64,000 nt of DNA from Lama guanicoe (Eukaryota). Below the pieces are notes generated by a model, which was not told the DNA's origin, searched no databases, and was given only the letters and a program-made list of their open reading frames with translations. A program made the translations under genes and the position numbers. Of the stretch, positions 58,381-64,000 are shown in pieces. Position 1 is the stretch's first letter. Each line of letters starts with the position of its first letter. The stretch covers positions 3,035,713-3,099,712 of the forward strand of contig MU057102.1 of NCBI GenBank assembly GCA_013239625.1, given 5' to 3'.

Positions 58381-59829
58381 GTCTGCAGCATGTCATCCCA
58401 GCACCAGGGGGAGACCCCGGCGGCCAGCCACGTGGAGAGACGGGGGATGGCAGGAGAGTCCCCGCACAAGTCACGTCACACCCACTGTCACTCCTGCCCC
58501 TCACTGCAGTGGCTCGACGGCCCTGTCCTCGCGTCCCCCTCATCAACACACGGAGCAGCTCGGTCTCTCCAGCTGCTGTGTACCATCCAGCACGCAAACG
58601 TACCATTCCTACTGTTTAAGTCATTCCAGAACACAGGCAATGATGGAGTTTCCCAAAATGATGCATGAGGCTGGCACAGCTTTCACACCAAAGCCAGGAA
58701 AATGAACGCAGAAAAGAGCCACAGACCAGGAGCAGCGTGACTGCCAGCAGCACCAGGCGCTACGTGGTAAGACACTAAGGCTAAAGGGTTTGCCCAGAAA
58801 CGACGATTCAACGTCAGGAACTCCATTAACGTTCTGTCACCTGTTAACACATTGCAGGAGGTTTCTGGTGAAGGTGGCCAAATTATTTTTTTTAAACAAA
58901 AAAAAGGTTAGCTATATCGCCTAATTCAAAACAAGAAAGGGGAAATCTTCAGGTCCAGAAACGAAGAAGGAACAGCACGGAGCCTCACAGGGCACGGGCT
59001 GCCCAGGACAGGACCACAGGATTCAGGGCTGGGCTCGGCAGCCAGTGCGGAGCTGAGGGCCCCCGCGCGGCGGTGGCCGGTCAGCAGGGCGGAGCGCAGC
59101 TGCCGCGGTTCGGAGCACAGCGTGAAGGCCACTGCCCGCGCTGGAATCTGGCCCCGCCGCCACTCACGGTGGCACAGGACTGCACCCTCTCACCTGCACT
59201 CCGGTTCCTGGGGACCGAGGGCCAGCCCACAGGCACCGCCCAGAGAAGACCAGAGTGTCGGCTGTCACAGCACTGTCACCAGAGCCTCACCACTGGCCAG
59301 CCCACGGCTGGGCCACAGCAACATCCACCCGAGGCCCCTGGGGAGACAGAATCACCCTAGAGAACTCTTGCCTCACAAGGCTGTGGTGCCCCAAATCCTG
59401 AGCCAAGAAACCCAGATAAAAACGGGCCTAAAATGAGTGGCACTGGCAGGCCCTGCATGGCAGCTGGGAAGCTGCTCAGGGGGTGTTCTACAGCCCAGAG
59501 CCTGGGTGCGCTCCCTGCCGAGGTGAGCCAGGAGACAGAGGTGACATCGCACACAGCCGCCACCACCCGGGAGGGACGCCCACAGAGCTAGGCACAGAGC
59601 GATATGCAAGGTCTTCCACAGAATAACGTAGGAAGATTTTCATAACTCGCAGATTTGAAAAAGAGAACTAGGTACTGAAATAAAAAAAATTCAACAGCTG
59701 AGTTGAATATAGCAGACTAAATACAACTAAATGTATAATTAATAGATTAAAAGATAAATCTGAACAAATCACCAAGGCCTATGACTGGTAAAGAAAGGAA
59801 AAGTATTTGAGCGATTAAGAGACATAACA

Positions 59830-59930
59830 TTCATATTTCCTTCTTTCAAAAATGTATAATGCACCTAAAAAGTGCCAGACACTAAATGTTAGGTGTTAGA
59901 GTTACAGCATTGGTCAAAATGAGATAAAAC
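59830..59930 (-). mobile_element. L2 3' fragment
   Basis: ttcaaaaatgtataatgcacctaaaaagtgccagacactaaatgttaggtgttagagttacagca. Confidence 0.45.
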
Positions 59931-59934
59931 ATAC

Positions 59935-61690
59935 TCTGCCATCCTAGCTAATACAATAAGACAAGAAAAGGGAATAAAAGGTACATAAATTGGAAAGGGA
60001 GAACTAAAACTGTCTTTTGTTCACAGATGACATCAGCATCTATGTGCAAAATCTGAAAGAATAAAACAACTCCTGGAACCTACAAGCAACCGTAACAAGG
60101 CTACAGGAGACAAGGCTAATGACACACAAGAGGCAACCACTTCCCCACACAACAGTGGTGAACGGGTACAGTCTGCACTCAAAAAAGTGGAACACTTGAG
60201 AATAAACCCAGCAAAACACGTACAAGACCCCAGTGCGGAAAACTATAAACCCCTGGTGAGGAGGAGCAAAGAAAAGCTAAACAAACGGAAAGACGTTCCA
60301 CATTCAGGGACAGGATGGCTCAGTACCACCAGGATGTCCGTTCGTCCTAACTTGATCTGCAGGTCAAGCGCAACCCCATTCAGAATCCCAACAGGCTGCT
60401 CTGCAGATACCAAGGCTGCCCCTGACGCGCAGGTGGGGAAGCAGAAGACCAAGAACGGCCGGCGCGGCACTGGAGACGGACAAGCTGGAGCTGGCGCGCT
60501 GGGCCTCCAGGCGCCGTGAAGGTGACGGAGCGGTGTCATGTCGGCAAGATGACAGGCAGGAAAAAGGTCAGTAGAGCAGGCCGGAGAAACCAGCAGCAGA
60601 CCCTCAAATAGAGGCAACTCATCTTTGACAAAGGAGCAAAGACGACACACTGGAGCAAAGATAGTCTTTTTTAAAGACAAAATAAATGAACACACCCAAC
60701 ACGGAGATACAGAGAAGAGTCGTGGTTATCAGAGAAAAGGTGAGGGGGGAGGTGACACGGGTAAAGGGGCCAGCTGCATGGTGACAGATGGAAACTGACT
60801 TTCTGGGGGTGAGCACACTGTGGCAGACAGAAGTAGGAATACAATGTTGCACACACGAAACGTACTATAAACCAACGTTCCCTCAAGAAAAAGACAGTCT
60901 TTTCTACAAATGGTGCTGTAACAATGGGACATCTACAGGCAAGGAGAAATGAATCTAGACAGACTTCACACCCTTCACAAAAATTAACTCAAAATGGATA
61001 TAAATCTAAATGTAAAATGCAAAAGCACAAAGCCTCAAGAAAACCTGGACCTTGGGTCTAGCAGCAACCTTTTAGACCTTCTAGATACAACACCAAAGCA
61101 AAAATCCATGAAAGAGATCATTAATACGCTGGACTTCAGTAAAAAAACAAACAAAAAAAACCACCTTCTGCTTTATGAAAGACAATGTCAAAAGGATGAG
61201 GAGACAAGTCACAGATGGGGAGAGAGTATCTGCAAAAGGCATTATGTGACAAAGGACTGTTACCCAAAATATACAAAGAACTCTTAAAACACAGTATGAA
61301 AATAAACCACCCAAACAAAACCGGCCAAAAATCGTAACAGACACCAAAGAAGATATGCAAACGGCAAATGAGCATAAAAAGACACTCCACATCATGCCAT
61401 CAGGAAAATGCAAATTAAAGTGAGACACCACTCCACGCCCGTCAGAATGGCCGAAAGCCAGAAGACTGACAACAGCAAGGGCTGGCGAGGATGTCGAGCA
61501 ACAGGACTCTCACCACTGCGCACAGGAACGCAGACTGGCGCAGGCACTTTGGACGACAGTGCAGCGGCTTCTTACAGAAGTAAACACTTTCACCGTGTGA
61601 TTCGGCGATCCCACTCCTTGGTGTTTACCCAAACTGAAAACTGCCATCCATACAGAGACCTGCACACAGATGTTTACAGCAGCTTCATTC
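59935..61690 (+). mobile_element. L1M ORF2 relic (RT C-terminal region to Cys-rich end), interrupted by a nested insertion
   Basis: ctagctaatacaataagacaagaaaa...ttcacagatgacatcagcatctatgt (FxDD region). Translated pieces HLRINPAKHVQD..ENYKPL and MQIKVRHHSTPVRMA are L1 ORF2-like. Confidence 0.85.
60671..60889 (+). mobile_element. Younger L1 3'-end fragment nested in the older L1
   Basis: Flanked by aaaga(t/c)agtctttt at 60657-60670 and 60890-60903; body tgcatggtgacagatggaaactgactttctgggggtgagcacactg. Confidence 0.7.
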
Positions 61691-62529
61691 TAGAGGAAAG
61701 AGAAAGATGGGGTGGAGGATGGGAAGTTGGTGGGAGGAATGTCCCTGCTGGCCCGGCTGAGCAAGCCCCAAAGCCCTTCTCCCCAGGCTCCGACCGCAGG
61801 CACATGCTGCCCACTGCCCCGCTCTCCCGGCTGCCGAGATGTCCAGCCGCAGGCTGCGGGGCCGCCCCGTAAACCAAACTGAGGAGAGTCCCTGTGGAGA
61901 AGTCTCAATGCCGGGACTGAAGTAAGGACTTCAGGACATCGCCCAGAGCCACACCAGGAGGGAGCCAAGCTCCAAGTCATCCTTCCAGCAGCAGAAGAGA
62001 GGCTTACAATGGAAAAGTCAAGTCTGCAAATATGGTTCAAACACACACTCTCTAATGCCCCCTTGCTTTCTAATGTGGCACACTCATCCACCTCAAATGT
62101 ATTTTGGTCCTGCCTTCCCGGATGATGACATCAAGGAAGTCTGTGAACAACAGGGACAGAGGACAGAGCGTGCTAAGAACAGGGGCTGAGGGCCCCCTTC
62201 CTCCACAAGAATTCTCTGAGAAGCTTCATTTTCTAGAACTTGGAATTTACTCACGGAAGTTTTGCTTCTTCTGCAGAAATGCACCTGTGACAGTAAGGAC
62301 TTAATAACTGACCTGTCTCTTGTTTCGTTTCCCCTGCAAAGAAGCTTAGAGCCACAGGCACACTCCAGGCCAGCCCCCCACAGCCCCAGCCTTAACCTTA
62401 CGATGACACAGGAGCTGGTATCGTCCCTGGCCCCATGACCGGTCGCTCCCTGTCTTCTTAGTGTAATATGTCGAATCTTCCGATGCCTCTCACACGGCGG
62501 GGGTGGGGGTGTAGAATGATGCAGATGCA

Positions 62530-63070
62530 GCGGGAAACCACCTAGCAGCTCCTCAGAAAGCCACACGCACACATGCTGCCACACGACCCAGCAGCTTCAC
62601 TCCTAAGGATCTTCCCAGCACAGATTTGAAAACGTAAGTTCATACAAAAACTTGTACCAGAATTTTCACAGAATTATTCAAAAAAGCAAAACAAACCCAA
62701 AGTCCAACAACTGCTAAGTGGACAAAAGAAATGGGACCCATCCATACAGCAGGGCATTCAGCTGCGAAAAGGAACACACTGCAATACGGGCGGGCCAGGA
62801 AAACAGGCCACGAGTGGCAGCAGCCAGTCTCAAGGGCTGCGTCCTGTGTGACACTGTTTACACGAAGGGTCCAGGACAGGCGAACCGGAGGCGGAACACA
62901 GAACGGGGCCGCCAGGGGCTGAGGGGGGCGGGAGGACGAACACACTCGGGAATCGGGTGGTGGCAATGGCTGCACGAACACCGGGCACGCACCAAAAGGC
63001 CACTGAACTACGCACTGTTAAACGGTTTAACTTGCCAATTTGATACTAATTTTATCTCAGTTTTAAAAAT
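62530..63070 (+). mobile_element. L1ME/MC-like 3' region
   Basis: cacacgacccagcagcttcactcctaagg...tgaaaacgtaagttcatacaaaaacttgtacc...ccactgaactacgcactgttaaacggt. Confidence 0.7.
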
Positions 63071-64000
63071 ACCAAATCTTCCGTTGAATGAAAAGGTATT
63101 AAACATATTAAGTCGTATCTTTCCTGTATCTATAGAGTGTTTTCCTATTTTCCCTCTAAGACATGCACAAAAGCACGATAAGTCACCGCATACAGCAAAC
63201 ACTGGGGACTCGAAGCCTACAAGCCAGGACTGCAGTCCACTAACGTGCAGTTCCAGGCCTGGCCCTCCGCACGGCCTGGTGGCCAGCCCGCCCCAACAAC
63301 AGCAAGACAGGTCCAGTTCAAGGACAGGGTACACTCCAGGCAGGGCCACTCAAGGCAGTGAACTGCCAGACACACCGGCCAGAGGACCTCCACCCAGATT
63401 CGGGGAAACACCTGCTGACACTGATGGTGGTCCCGAGCCCTGGGCCCTCGGTGGAGACCCCCGCAGACACACCCATCAGCTCCCAGACCCCAGCTTAACA
63501 ATGAGGCTGCACTCGAGGGCCATCAGGCATCCAAGGAAAGCTTATTGTAAGAGGCAAAAATTTTAAAGCAAAAGAGAACTAGGAGCTTAGAGGAACACAC
63601 AGCACAGGGAATGAGAGAAGCTTCCAGGCGCACGCCCACCGGCAGGAAGCTCCACACACGCTCCGCACGGGGCTCGGGCTGCCCCTGCCTCACCGCCGCC
63701 TCCAGGAGGGGAACCGGTGGCCAGGGCTGAGGTAAGTAGAGAGCTTTTGACACTATAGGTTTTAATTCTGAAGCATATGAATATAGTATCTAATCAAAGT
63801 TCTTCAAATTTTCAAAGGAATATTGTGAAACTGTAAAAATATTTCCAAAATAATTAAAAATCCCTGCACTATCTGTAACTCCATTCCACAGTTGCCAAGG
63901 GGACAAAAAGAGAAAACCAGATACCATACGTTACTACAGTCCTGCCAAAAGGAGAAAAGAAAGGAGGGGCAGGGCAGGAAGGAGGGGGGAGACACGGGAG

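Noticed and set aside
62718-63566. 282-aa ORF on +
   Set aside because: Starts within an L1 3'UTR relic and has no recognisable protein features.

Overview
GC- and CpG-rich mammalian genomic DNA, probably camelid (inferred from a tRNA-derived SINE and an L1 3' end). It is orthologous to the human 4p16.3 Wolf-Hirschhorn region. Two genes converge tail to tail. NELFA (WHSC2) is on + with exons 2-11 at 139-6304; exon 1 lies left of the window. NSD2 (WHSC1/MMSET) is on - with 21 coding exons at 56241-9772 (about 1345 aa; exon 15 mostly in an N-gap), plus the short-isoform (MMSET I) terminal exon. The H/ACA RNA SCARNA22 (ACA11) sits in NSD2 intron 18. Introns carry L1, MaLR, MIR, L2 and SINE relics. 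Best leads: (1) a ~4 kb tract in NSD2 intron 18 with inverted strand skew, protein-like broken ORFs, splice-like ends and a compact ETS/SP1/CRE/E-box cluster, possibly a fossil exon or nested gene; (2) loss of the canonical NSD2 start codon (ATG>GTG plus a 1-nt deletion); (3) an Asn>Ile change in the SET domain; (4) a GC-AG intron; (5) a SINE inserted 30 nt from an NSD2 acceptor that brings a cryptic 3' splice site. Exon numbers follow the 22-exon human NSD2 and 11-exon NELFA models. All comparisons with human sequence are from memory, not from an alignment.
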